Positions 30,370-39,306 of a stretch of 64,000 nucleotides of DNA are shown here, in pieces. The stretch covers positions 32,001-96,000 of the forward strand of contig JBIJDH010000006.1 in the NCBI GenBank assembly GCA_044344255.1, written 5' to 3'. The first letter of the stretch is position 1. Each line of letters opens with the position of its first letter. The notes below the pieces were generated by a model. It was given only the letters and a program-made list of their open reading frames with translations. It was not told the DNA's origin and searched no databases. This stretch comes from Myxococcota bacterium. Lineage in GTDB: Bacteria > Myxococcota_A > UBA796 > UBA2385. Made by a program: the position numbers and the translations under genes.

Positions 30370-30438
30370 GGTGCGTTCCTTCTCCGGCTTCCGTCACCGG
30401 CTCCCTTCGCTTTTCTCATTTCTCTTTTCTCTGGCGCA

Positions 30439-30467
30439 GCCCTCTAGCCACTTTCTGGCGAGAGGGC
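30439..30467. terminator. Hairpin between the BNR lipoprotein gene and the helicase gene
   Basis: GCCCTCTAGCCA-ctttc-TGGCGAGAGGGC. Confidence 0.35.
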
Positions 30468-30481
30468 CGCCCGGCGACGAT

Positions 30482-31699
30482 TCAGAAGGAGCCGCGCGCG
30501 AAGTAGGCGTCACCGGCGATGTACCAGCGGTCGCCCTTCACGGTCACGGTCTGGAGGAGCGGGAGGTCGGCCTCGAGCTCCGTCCAGGTCTGTCCGCCGT
30601 CTTCGGTGAGGAGCACGAAGCCGCCCTGGCTGACCGGATAGCGGTGCCCCACCGCGAGCCCGCGCTGCCCGTCCGCGCTGAACGCGAGGCCGTGTACGAT
30701 GTCCAGCCCATCGCCGAGCGTGATGGCGGTCCAGGTCTCGCCGCGGTCGGTCGAGCGGTAGAGGAAGCCGGAGGCCGAGCTGCTGCGCGACTGATCTCGC
30801 CCGCCGACCAGCCAGGTGGAGCCCCCGTCGGGGGAGGCCATCGCCCAGACCTCGCCTTCGACGCGGTCGGAGATGACGGTGGCGGCCAGGGAGGGCAGGG
30901 CGTCGGGGTGGGCTGCGTCGGGGCCGAAGAAGACGGGCGGCTCGTTGATCACGCTGCCGCCACCGTAGAGCTGTCCTCCGGCCTGGGTCATCGAGATCAA
31001 GGTGTAGACGGCGCGCTCGCCGGCGTAGTTCTCCGCCTCCCAGGTTCGGGACTCCTTCGTCCATGTCGCGCCGCCGTCCTCGCTCGTGCTCAGATCGGGG
31101 CCGGTGTTGCTGGCGACCACGAGGCGGTCGCCGATGGCCTCCACGGCGCCGCAATTCGAGAGATAGGCCGTGCGGTCGTCGCTCGAGTTGTTGCCGTAGG
31201 AGAGCAAGGGGAGGAACGTGTCCCCCTCTTGCACAGAGAGCAAGGTCCCGTCGTCGACGCCCTCGTAATCGTGGCCGCAGACGAGGAGGCGGCCGCGCGC
31301 GTCGCGATCGAGGTCGAAGACGAAGAGGTCTCCGCTCGGGTGGGCCCGCTCCCAGCGCTCGCCGCCGTCGCTCGTGTGCCAGAGGCCGACGCCGTTCCCG
31401 CAGCCGAGGTAGCCCTCGTCTTCGGTGTCGAAGAGCATGTCGTAGGGGGTGCCTTCGCCGTTGCAGGGGTCGGTCGCGACCTCGAGGCTGGCGCTGGCGG
31501 GCTCACCCTCTCCTTCGCCCTCTCCTTCGCCCTCTGCCCCTCCCCCCTGCCCGAGACCGGCGGCGCTGGTGTCGGCGCCGCTGGAGGCGGTGTCGGCGCC
31601 GCTGCCGCTCGAGGGGTCGAAGCAGGCCATGAACATGAGCAGAGGCAGCAGCCGTACGGAGAGGGTGGAGAAGACGGGGAGTGAGGGAGGGTTCATCAT
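30482..31699 (-). CDS. Lipoprotein with BNR/Asp-box (YCF48-like) propeller repeats
   Basis: Lipobox FMAC; repeated (S/T)-x-DGG-x-(T/S)W Asp boxes; start reassigned to 31699. Confidence 0.82.
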   Translation of the reverse strand: MMNPPSLPVFSTLSVRLLPLLMFMACFDPSSGSGADTASSGADTSAAGLGQGGGAEGEGEGEGEGEPASASLEVATDPCNGEGTPYDMLFDTEDEGYLGCGNGVGLWHTSDGGERWERAHPSGDLFVFDLDRDARGRLLVCGHDYEGVDDGTLLSVQEGDTFLPLLSYGNNSSDDRTAYLSNCGAVEAIGDRLVVASNTGPDLSTSEDGGATWTKESRTWEAENYAGERAVYTLISMTQAGGQLYGGGSVINEPPVFFGPDAAHPDALPSLAATVISDRVEGEVWAMASPDGGSTWLVGGRDQSRSSSASGFLYRSTDRGETWTAITLGDGLDIVHGLAFSADGQRGLAVGHRYPVSQGGFVLLTEDGGQTWTELEADLPLLQTVTVKGDRWYIAGDAYFARGSF

Positions 31700-32068
31700 G
31701 GGGGTCTCCAGGGGGCCGGGCGCAGCGCCCAGCTCGACGGGTCGGGTGCACGGGGCCGCCGTCGTCTCTGGCTGCGGACCCTGCACGCGGAGCCCCTGTG
31801 CAAGCGCCAGGCCAACGTGATTTCAGGACCTTAGGCCTGACCAACCTGACCGACTGTCCGAATATCCGACACCCCCCCTGATTCGAGGATACCCATGGAT
31901 CTATGCGATGAGATACCGGAGGCCCTGTCGAGAGGGTGACGAAGGTCGCTCCCCCAGCACCGCCGCTCCCCACTCGCCGAGCCCACGATGGACGAGCCCG
32001 GGGCGACCGACCTTGCCGACGGGGGTGGGATGGCGTAGACGGCCGAAACCGTCTCCCGGGGTGCCGCC

Positions 32069-32707
32069 GTGGCGCTGCAAGACCTGCTTCGGTGGCTCAT
32101 CCCCCGAGAGGACCAGTTCTATTCGTACTTGCTTTTGCAGGCGGCAGAGTCTCGGAAGGGGGCGCTGGCCCTCGGCGAGTTCAGGAACGGGAAGAGCGCC
32201 CTCGAGGTGAGCGCGGCGGTTCAGGCCCACGAGCACGAGGGGGACCGGATCGTCTACGAGATGGAGAACGCGCTCGGACGCACCTTCGTCACGCCAATCG
32301 ATCGCGAAGACCTGCAGCGGCTCTCCGCGGAGCTCGACGACATCCTCGACCTCACGAACAGCGCGGCGCGCGCCGCGACGATGTTCGGCGTGGAGACCCC
32401 AACCCAGCCGATGACACACCTGATCGGTGTGCTCATCGACTGTACCGGTCACATCGAGACGGCGATCACGAAGATGACGCAGAATGACTACGCGGCGGTC
32501 TTAGCGACCGTGCGGATCATCCGTCAGCTCGAGAAGGACGGGGACGCCGTCTTTCGCACCGCCCTCTCCCGTCTGTTCCACGATCCGTCGGTCGAAGCCA
32601 AGGTGTTGCTGCGAGAGAAGGAGGTCCTCGAAGACCTCGAGCACGCGGTCGACCGATGTGAGCACCTCGCGCACACCCTCGCCCACCTCGCCGTGAAGCA
32701 TGGTTAG
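32069..32707 (+). CDS. DUF47 (PhoU-like) phosphate transport regulator
   Basis: EHEGD, TFVTPIDREDL, LDDILD, LEKDGD, LE.AVDRCE motifs; overlaps pit. Confidence 0.92.
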   Translation: MALQDLLRWLIPREDQFYSYLLLQAAESRKGALALGEFRNGKSALEVSAAVQAHEHEGDRIVYEMENALGRTFVTPIDREDLQRLSAELDDILDLTNSAARAATMFGVETPTQPMTHLIGVLIDCTGHIETAITKMTQNDYAAVLATVRIIRQLEKDGDAVFRTALSRLFHDPSVEAKVLLREKEVLEDLEHAVDRCEHLAHTLAHLAVKHG

Positions 32708-33734
32708 CCTGCTCGTCGCGGTGGTGGTGGCGGCGATTATCTTCGATTACATCAACGGCTTTCACGACGCCGCCAACGCCATCGCCACGATCGTCTCCAC
32801 CGGCGTGCTCCCGATGCGCACCGCGGTCATCATGGCGGGGGCCTTCAATTTCATCGGCGCGATGGCGGGTACGGCGGTCGCCAGCACCATCTCGAAGGGG
32901 CTGGCTGATCCGGCCATCGTCACCCAGACGGTGGTCTTGTCCACCTTGATCGGGGCCTGTCTGTGGAACCTCCTCACCTGGTGGTGGGGGATCCCTTCGA
33001 GCTCTTCTCACGCCCTCGTCGGGGGCCTCGCCGGCGCCGTCATCGCCCACGCCGGCGTGGACGCCTTCAACTGGGCGACGCTGATCGACAAGATCCTGGT
33101 CCCCCTCGTGGTGTCGCCCACCCTCGGCTTCGTGGTCGCCTTCCTGCTGAGCGTCCTGCTGCTGTGGGTCTTTCGGCGGGTGCGCCCGTCTCGCGTGAAC
33201 CGCCTGTCGCGCGGGATGCAGCTCGTCTCGGCCTCCGCGATGGCGTTCTCCCATGGGTCGAACGACGCCCAGAAGTCGATGGGCATCATCACCCTGGCCC
33301 TCGTCTCCTTCGCCTCGGCCGGGCACTCCGACGGTGTGCCCGCGTGGGTCCTCCCGACAGCGGGAGAGGTGCCGACGTGGGTGGTGATGATCTGCGCGAC
33401 CGCGATCGGCCTCGGGACCCTGGCGGGGGGCAAGCGTATCATCAAGACCATGGGGACGCGGATCATCCGCATCACCCCCCTCCAGGGCTTCGCGGCGGAG
33501 ACGGCGGGCGCGGCCACGATCCTCACCGCTTCGCACTTCGGGGTGCCGGTGTCGACCACCCACTGCATCAACGCCTGCATCATGGGGGTGGGCGCCAGCA
33601 AGCGGCTGAGCGCGGTCCGTTGGGGTGTGGCCGGCAACATCGTGGTCGCCTGGGTGGTGACGCTGCCGATGAGCGCCGCCCTCTCCTGGATCTCGATGAG
33701 CCTCATCGCTCGGGTCTTCGGGGAGACCGGGTAG
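32700..33734 (+). CDS. pit: Inorganic phosphate transporter (PiT family)
   Basis: NGFHDAANAIAT, GIPSSSSHAL, HGSNDAQKSMG, PVSTTH signatures. Confidence 0.95.
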   Translation: MVSLLVAVVVAAIIFDYINGFHDAANAIATIVSTGVLPMRTAVIMAGAFNFIGAMAGTAVASTISKGLADPAIVTQTVVLSTLIGACLWNLLTWWWGIPSSSSHALVGGLAGAVIAHAGVDAFNWATLIDKILVPLVVSPTLGFVVAFLLSVLLLWVFRRVRPSRVNRLSRGMQLVSASAMAFSHGSNDAQKSMGIITLALVSFASAGHSDGVPAWVLPTAGEVPTWVVMICATAIGLGTLAGGKRIIKTMGTRIIRITPLQGFAAETAGAATILTASHFGVPVSTTHCINACIMGVGASKRLSAVRWGVAGNIVVAWVVTLPMSAALSWISMSLIARVFGETG

Positions 33735-33966
33735 GGGCGGAGCCGGGCCCCGAGGGCCGCTCCGCCCTCGATCCACAGATCTTGACCGATGACGCAGCGT
33801 CAAGGGCCCGGTCCCGTGCTACCGGGGGGAGTGCCTTCGGCGTTATTCCGGTGATACCGGTACCTCCCGCGTACCCGCCCCGGTCTGACGGCCCTCCGGC
33901 TCCCCGCCGCCCAGGCGCCCAGGCGCCCTGCTCCGTCGCCTCCTCCCTCGTGACCGCGATCGGTAG

Positions 33967-35787
33967 ATGTCCGAAGCCGCCGCCCCCCAGGTCTATTGCA
34001 GCCGCTGCCTCACCACCTTCGCGGGTGACCCGGAGCAGTGCCCCAACATGTCCTGCCAGCGGAAGCGGCCGGGGCGCGGTTGGGGGCAGATCTTCGCGGC
34101 CGGTGAGGTCTTTGACCGGAACTACAGCATCCACCGCATGCTCGCGATGGGCGGCGCCGGGGTGACCTACACCGCGCGCGAGATCGGCCCCGATGGCCAG
34201 GAGACGGGCCCGAAGCTTGCGATCAAGGTGCTGCTCGCCGCCCGAGATCAGGGCCCCTATGTGCGGCGCCTCTCCACCGAGGCGCAGATCATCCAGGAGC
34301 TCGATCACCCCAACATCGTGCAGTACCTGGGCTTCGTCCACCGCGCGGGCCACTCGCCCTACCTCATCACCCAATTCGAAGAGGGGGGGAGCCTCCTCGA
34401 CCACATGCGACGGGTGGGGACGCTCCCCGTCCGCCGTGCGTCGGGCGTGGCGCGTCAGATCTGCCTGGCCCTCGAGAAGGCCCATGAGCGCGGGATCATC
34501 CACCGCGACCTGAAGCCCGAGAACGTGCTGCTGGCGAGCGCGGTCCCCGCCGACGCCGATCCGGTCGTGCGGGTGGCAGACTTCGGCATCGCCAAGGTCC
34601 AGGGTGGGGTGGGGGGGAGCCTCACCCGGGTGGGCGCCTTCGTCGGCACGCCGCACTACGCCGCCCCGGAGCAGTTCGTGGGCGGGGCGGTCACCGAGGC
34701 GGCCGACGTCTACGCGGTCGGCGCCCTGGTCTACTTCTGCATCACCGCCCGCCACGTCGTGCGCTTCGCCGATCGGCTGGAGCCCGAAGAGGGCTTCCAG
34801 CTCCTCCAGGAGAGCCTGCCGCCGAAGGTGGAGCGCGCGGGGGAAGACCCCCTCGATGTCCTGCGCATCAACCGCATCCTCGCCAGCGCCATGAACGTCG
34901 ACCCCTCGCAGCGCTGCTCGGTGGTGGAGCTGTCGCGGATGCTGGGTGAGCTCATCAACGGTCTCGAGCCCGCGATCCCGGTCAAGGCGAAGCGCGGGGG
35001 GCTCACCCACGACATGGTGGGTCAGGCCAGCGTGCTCGGCCTCGCGGGCGCAATCACGCCGATGCTCTCGGCGATCGCCGCCACCGAGCCCGCCGCGCCC
35101 TCACAGCGCCGCGGGGCCCCTGGGCGAGAGGCGGCCACCGCCCAGGAGAGCCGCCCCACCGAGATGGGCGCCAGCACCGACGCGGCGCTGCTCCAGCAGA
35201 TGATGTCCCCCGACGGCGCGGTCTCCAAGGGTGCCGCGGGGGCGCGCCGGACCACCGGCGGCGGCCGTCCCGCCTCACCCGCCGAGGCCAGCGGCACGCT
35301 CGACGCCCTCCGCACCGGCGACGACGACGCGCCGACCCCGCGACGCGGCGGCGGAGGCCTCGCGATGATGGCGCTCGGCCTCGTGCTGTTCGTCGGGGTG
35401 GCGGTGGTGGGCGGCGGGGCCCTCGTGGTCTGGCGGGTGCCGGCCGCGCGGCAGGCCCTCGGGCTCTCCGACCGCGATCCCAACCTGCCGAAGCCCGTCG
35501 AGCTCAGCGGGCAGGAGACGGACGCCGCCATGCGGAAGGACTGGCGGGCGATCGACAGCTCGCTCAAGGGGCTCCAGAGCTGGCTCGGCAGCCAGTGCAA
35601 GGTGAAGAGCGGCGCCGATGTCGCGCTGCGCCTCGTGATCGAGCCGGACGGGAAGGTGCGCTCGGCCGAGAACATCGACGGCTCCGGCGGCGAGACCGGC
35701 GAGTGTGTGTCCAAGAAGGTGAAGAAGGCCAAGTTCACCCGAACCGGGACGAAGCCCGTTCGGGTGGAGCTCACCGCGCACTTCTGA
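33967..35787 (+). CDS. Membrane Ser/Thr protein kinase with N-terminal Zn ribbon and C-terminal TonB-C/AgmX-like domain
   Basis: CSRC...CPNMSC; AIK, HRDLKPEN, DFG, GTPHYAAPE; one TM; C-terminal LVIEPDGKV...ECV...KF. Confidence 0.92.
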   Translation: MSEAAAPQVYCSRCLTTFAGDPEQCPNMSCQRKRPGRGWGQIFAAGEVFDRNYSIHRMLAMGGAGVTYTAREIGPDGQETGPKLAIKVLLAARDQGPYVRRLSTEAQIIQELDHPNIVQYLGFVHRAGHSPYLITQFEEGGSLLDHMRRVGTLPVRRASGVARQICLALEKAHERGIIHRDLKPENVLLASAVPADADPVVRVADFGIAKVQGGVGGSLTRVGAFVGTPHYAAPEQFVGGAVTEAADVYAVGALVYFCITARHVVRFADRLEPEEGFQLLQESLPPKVERAGEDPLDVLRINRILASAMNVDPSQRCSVVELSRMLGELINGLEPAIPVKAKRGGLTHDMVGQASVLGLAGAITPMLSAIAATEPAAPSQRRGAPGREAATAQESRPTEMGASTDAALLQQMMSPDGAVSKGAAGARRTTGGGRPASPAEASGTLDALRTGDDDAPTPRRGGGGLAMMALGLVLFVGVAVVGGGALVVWRVPAARQALGLSDRDPNLPKPVELSGQETDAAMRKDWRAIDSSLKGLQSWLGSQCKVKSGADVALRLVIEPDGKVRSAENIDGSGGETGECVSKKVKKAKFTRTGTKPVRVELTAHF

Positions 35788-35817
35788 GCGCGCAGGCGGT
35801 CGCCGCGCGGCCTCGTG

Positions 35818-37026
35818 TCAGTCGCCGCCTCCGCCGCAGGAGCTGCCGCAGCTCGAGCCGCCGTCGCTGGACGAGCAGCTCGAGCCGCCGTCGCCGCCGC
35901 CGTCGGAGGTGTCGGAGCCGCCCCAGCCGCCGTCGCCGCCGCCGTCGCCGCCCTCCCCGGCCTCGGTGTCGGAGCCGCCCCAGCCGCCGTCTTCGCCGCC
36001 GCCGCCGCCGTCCGAAGTGTCGGCGGTGTCAGAGCCGCCCCAGCCATCGTCGGAGCCCCCGCTCGCGCCCTCGGGCACGTCTTCGCTGACCCCGAGCTCG
36101 TCGCCGGTCCAATCCACCTGGCTGGTGCCGAGATCGCCGAGCTGCTCGACCTGATCGCCTCGCCCGAGCTCGTGGCCGTGGCTGTCGACCACCACCACGT
36201 CATGGCTGTGCCAGTGCGCGTGATGGGACATCGAGTTGAGGAGGATGAGGTTCGTGAGAGACCAGTAGGGGTCGTGGTAGTAGACGGTGAAGGTGTCGGG
36301 GGCCGCCCCGGCCCGGGCCGGCGCGCCTCGCCAGGCGGGCTCGGCCACGTCCTCCCCGAAGGGGAGCCGGCGCATCGCGTCGAGCTGACGGTCTCCTGGC
36401 TTGTGCAGGCGCACCTGGGCGAGCTCCGTGCTGACCTCGGCGCCGATCAGGCCGCGACGGAGCGCCGCCGCGAGGAGGTCGGCCCGTTCGTCGAGGAGGT
36501 GGGCCAGGGCGGTGCGGTCGATGGCGCGGGCGAAGTGGCCGACGCGCTCGGCGTAGGCGGCGGCGGTCTCTCCGGCCTGGACGCGCAGCTCGAGCGGGCG
36601 GGCGTGGAGGTCGATCGTCAGCTCGGGCCAGCCCTTCTCCACCTGGCTCTTCACGCGCAGATCGTAGAGGATGTGCAGGCCGATGTGGGTCTCGGCGAGC
36701 ACGAGGTGCATCTCGCGGAAGGGCCGCTCGACGAGGCGGCGGTCGACCAGGGCCTGCCAGACGAGGTCGAGGTCGTCGGCGACGTCGTTCTGATCGACGT
36801 AGACGGCCTTGCGGTCGACGAGGCAGGAGTGAGCGTCGGTGACGCCGATGCTCCGGAGCGCCTGAAAGCAGCCCTCGAACAGGGAGAAGGCGCTGACGGT
36901 GAGCTCCTCCATCCCGCTCCGGGTGTCGATCTTGGCGCCGAACAGCGAGCGGGCCCACTCGAAGAAGGTCTTGCGCCGGTCGGTCTCGACGCTCGGGAGA
37001 TCGACCAGCACGCGTGCGTGGAACAT
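35818..37026 (-). CDS. Hypothetical protein with His patch and Gly/Ser/Asp tail ending in three SSC motifs; candidate MNIO substrate
   Basis: Start reassigned to ATG 37026 (TGATG overlap; AGAGAGG upstream); tail ...SSCSSSDGGSSCGSSCGGGGD. Confidence 0.8.
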   Translation of the reverse strand: MFHARVLVDLPSVETDRRKTFFEWARSLFGAKIDTRSGMEELTVSAFSLFEGCFQALRSIGVTDAHSCLVDRKAVYVDQNDVADDLDLVWQALVDRRLVERPFREMHLVLAETHIGLHILYDLRVKSQVEKGWPELTIDLHARPLELRVQAGETAAAYAERVGHFARAIDRTALAHLLDERADLLAAALRRGLIGAEVSTELAQVRLHKPGDRQLDAMRRLPFGEDVAEPAWRGAPARAGAAPDTFTVYYHDPYWSLTNLILLNSMSHHAHWHSHDVVVVDSHGHELGRGDQVEQLGDLGTSQVDWTGDELGVSEDVPEGASGGSDDGWGGSDTADTSDGGGGGEDGGWGGSDTEAGEGGDGGGDGGWGGSDTSDGGGDGGSSCSSSDGGSSCGSSCGGGGD

Positions 37027-37844
37027 CAACGGCCTCTCTTTTGTAGGGTGGCACTCTGGAGCGTGGAGGCGTGGAGGGCGGCGGCCTCGGCCTCGATCTG
37101 GCGGAGGCGGCCGACGCGCACCGTGGCGTCCCCTTCGGCGCGCGCGGCGGCGGAGAGGCGGGAGGTCAAGCTGGCGGCCCGCTCCTGGATGGCGCGCGCG
37201 TCGGCGGTGTCGAGCGCTTCGGCCCGCATCGTGATGGCGGCGATGGTGGACTCGGCCTCGCTTCGGGCCGCCTCCACGGCGTCTCCGGTGGCGCGGGCAG
37301 CCTGTCGTCGCCGCCAGAGCACGAAGCCGAGGCCGCCGATCGTGAGGGAGCCGGCGAGGCCCATCGCGCCGAGCAGCCCGCCCATGAGCCCGATACCACC
37401 GCTCGTCTCGCCCTCGGCCTCGCCCTCGGCCGCTGGGGCTCCGTCGGCGGAGGCCACGGCGCCGCCCGAGAGCCCGCTGATCGCGGCCTGCAGGCCCAGG
37501 CCGAGGTCTCGGTCGCGGGCCGGCTCGGCGGCGTCGAGCAGCGTGGAGATCCGCCCGGCCGGCTGCCCCCAGCCGCGCGCCTCCCAGCGGCCGCCGGCGT
37601 CGAGGAGGAGCAGGTCGGCGTCGGCGTCGAGGCCGAGCTCCTGCCACAGCGCCCGCCAGTCGGTGATCGGCGCGTCGGATGGCAGCAGCACGATCTTGGC
37701 CTCGAGGCCGCGCGCGCCGAGCGGCTCGAGCTGCTTGAGGAGCCGAGCCCGCCCGGCGGCCTCCAGTCGGCCGCTGGGGTCCCACAGGGGAGAGCCCTCG
37801 AGGGCGCGGCGCGCCTCGTCCAAGGTCGCGTCGGGGAGGCTCAT
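37026..37844 (-). CDS. TPM-domain-like membrane protein with C-terminal coiled coil
   Basis: LWDPSGRL...KIVLLP...LWQELGL...DLLLL resembles TPM; one TM followed by WRRR; ATGA overlap with the DUF692 gene. Confidence 0.6.
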   Translation of the reverse strand: MSLPDATLDEARRALEGSPLWDPSGRLEAAGRARLLKQLEPLGARGLEAKIVLLPSDAPITDWRALWQELGLDADADLLLLDAGGRWEARGWGQPAGRISTLLDAAEPARDRDLGLGLQAAISGLSGGAVASADGAPAAEGEAEGETSGGIGLMGGLLGAMGLAGSLTIGGLGFVLWRRRQAARATGDAVEAARSEAESTIAAITMRAEALDTADARAIQERAASLTSRLSAAARAEGDATVRVGRLRQIEAEAAALHASTLQSATLQKRGR

Positions 37845-38749
37845 CTCTGGGGCTCCTGGGAAGGGGGGGCGGGAGAGATCATAGGGACGGGGCGAGCCTC
37901 CGACCAGCGCCCGATCGCGCTGCGTGCTTCGGCGACGAGCTCGGCGAGGGGAGGGAGGCGGGTGTCCCGCTCGAGCACGATGGCGTCGAGGGGGGCGCGC
38001 CCCCGTAAGGCGGAGAGCAGGGCCCAGGCGCCCTCCTCCACCGGCCGGTCGTGGCTGTCTATCCAGCCGGCGGCGCTGCGCTTCGAGCCGGCGACGTGCG
38101 CTTGGACGGCGCGGTGTAAGGGCCAGGCGTCGAGGCGGCCGCGCGCCGAGCCGTGACCGTTCCCTTCGTCGACGAACAGGTTGCTGAGATCGACGAGGAG
38201 CCCGATGTCGGCCCGCTCGACGAGGGCGTGAAGGAACTCCCCCTCCGGCATCTCGCCGGGGAAACGAAAGGGGGGGAAACGAAAGGGAGTGGCGGGGTTC
38301 TCGAGGGCGAGGGGCAGCCCGAGCGTGTCCTGGAGCGCGCGGCAGTGCTCCGTCAGCACCGTGAGGAAGGCCGGGAGGCGTGGCACGGGGGCGAGGTGAC
38401 CGAGGTCAATGCCGCTGGGGCTGCGCGTGATGGCGATGTGCTCGGTGAGGCGCTCCGCCCGGGACGCGCGCGCCACCGCCGCCACGCGGGCTACGCGCGC
38501 GGGGTCGAGGGGCCCGGGGGTGCCGAGGGAGAGCCCCGTGTCGTGCAGCACGATGGGGTAGCGCTCGGCGAGGGGGCGGAGGGCGTCGGGCTCGTGGAAG
38601 AAGTGGTCGACCACCACCTCGAGCAGCTCGGGCCCCTGACCGTCGGCGGCGGCGAGCAGCTCCCGGAGGTGGGCGCGCCGGAGGGACAGGCCGGCACGGG
38701 GGCGTCGCGGCCCGGGGAGGGGGTCGCTGCACATGGGGGCGCTGCTCAT
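37841..38749 (-). CDS. DUF692 multinuclear non-heme iron oxidative enzyme (MbnB/TglH/ChrH family)
   Basis: GLSLR, LEVVVDHF, VLHDTGLSLG, TEHIA, GHLAPVP, LALEN, LLVDLSNL, AHVAG, IDSH, VLERD ligand motifs; start at ATG 38749 (ATGA overlap). Confidence 0.93.
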   Translation of the reverse strand: MSSAPMCSDPLPGPRRPRAGLSLRRAHLRELLAAADGQGPELLEVVVDHFFHEPDALRPLAERYPIVLHDTGLSLGTPGPLDPARVARVAAVARASRAERLTEHIAITRSPSGIDLGHLAPVPRLPAFLTVLTEHCRALQDTLGLPLALENPATPFRFPPFRFPGEMPEGEFLHALVERADIGLLVDLSNLFVDEGNGHGSARGRLDAWPLHRAVQAHVAGSKRSAAGWIDSHDRPVEEGAWALLSALRGRAPLDAIVLERDTRLPPLAELVAEARSAIGRWSEARPVPMISPAPPSQEPQR

Positions 38750-39306
38750 GGGGCATCTCGCCAGCGCAGGCGGGGGCCGAGCTCGTAGAGGGTCGGGCTG
38801 GGTTCGACCTCGATCGGGACCTGCCCCCTCTCCAGCTCGTCCCACAGGCGGTGGAGGGCGAAGCGGGCGCGGAGGCGGCGCACGCGGCCGTCTCGGCGAG
38901 AGGTCGCGCGGGCGCGCTCGAAGGCGAAGAGCTCCACCGCGTAGACAGGCCCCTCGTCGGAGATCGCGGCCCGGAGCACTTCATCGGCGCGCCAGGCCTC
39001 GGACAGCCCGGGGGGCAAGAGCCCGTCGGTGTGGGGGGCCGGGTGGTCGGCCAGGAAGCGGCGGTAGGCCCCGCCGAGCCCCGGGCAGAGCCGCGCCGTG
39101 AAGGGGAGGGCCCGACACAGCTCATCCTGGCGCTTCTCGAGGAGGGAGGCCGCGAAGCGCTCGAACTCCTCGGTCACGAGGGCGGCGCGGCGGAGTCGCC
39201 GGTCGGCCAGCAGGCCGACATAACGCTCCACGAAGGGGCCCACGGAGGCGGCGAGGTCGGGCTCGGCCGCCTCGGAGGCGCTCACGGCGTCCCAGAGGTC
39301 CTTCAA
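38746..39306 (-). CDS. Putative MNIO partner protein
   Basis: TTG start in TTGA overlap; FAASLLEKR...ALPFTARL...YRRF...ELFAFERARA pattern like proteins adjacent to DUF692 genes. Confidence 0.6.
   Translation of the reverse strand: MKDLWDAVSASEAAEPDLAASVGPFVERYVGLLADRRLRRAALVTEEFERFAASLLEKRQDELCRALPFTARLCPGLGGAYRRFLADHPAPHTDGLLPPGLSEAWRADEVLRAAISDEGPVYAVELFAFERARATSRRDGRVRRLRARFALHRLWDELERGQVPIEVEPSPTLYELGPRLRWRDAP

Noticed and set aside
31836..31869. PHO boxes upstream of DUF47-pit (CTGACC-like repeats)
   Set aside because: Period is 8-9 bp and degenerate, not the 11-bp CTGTCAT pattern; about 200 nt from the start.
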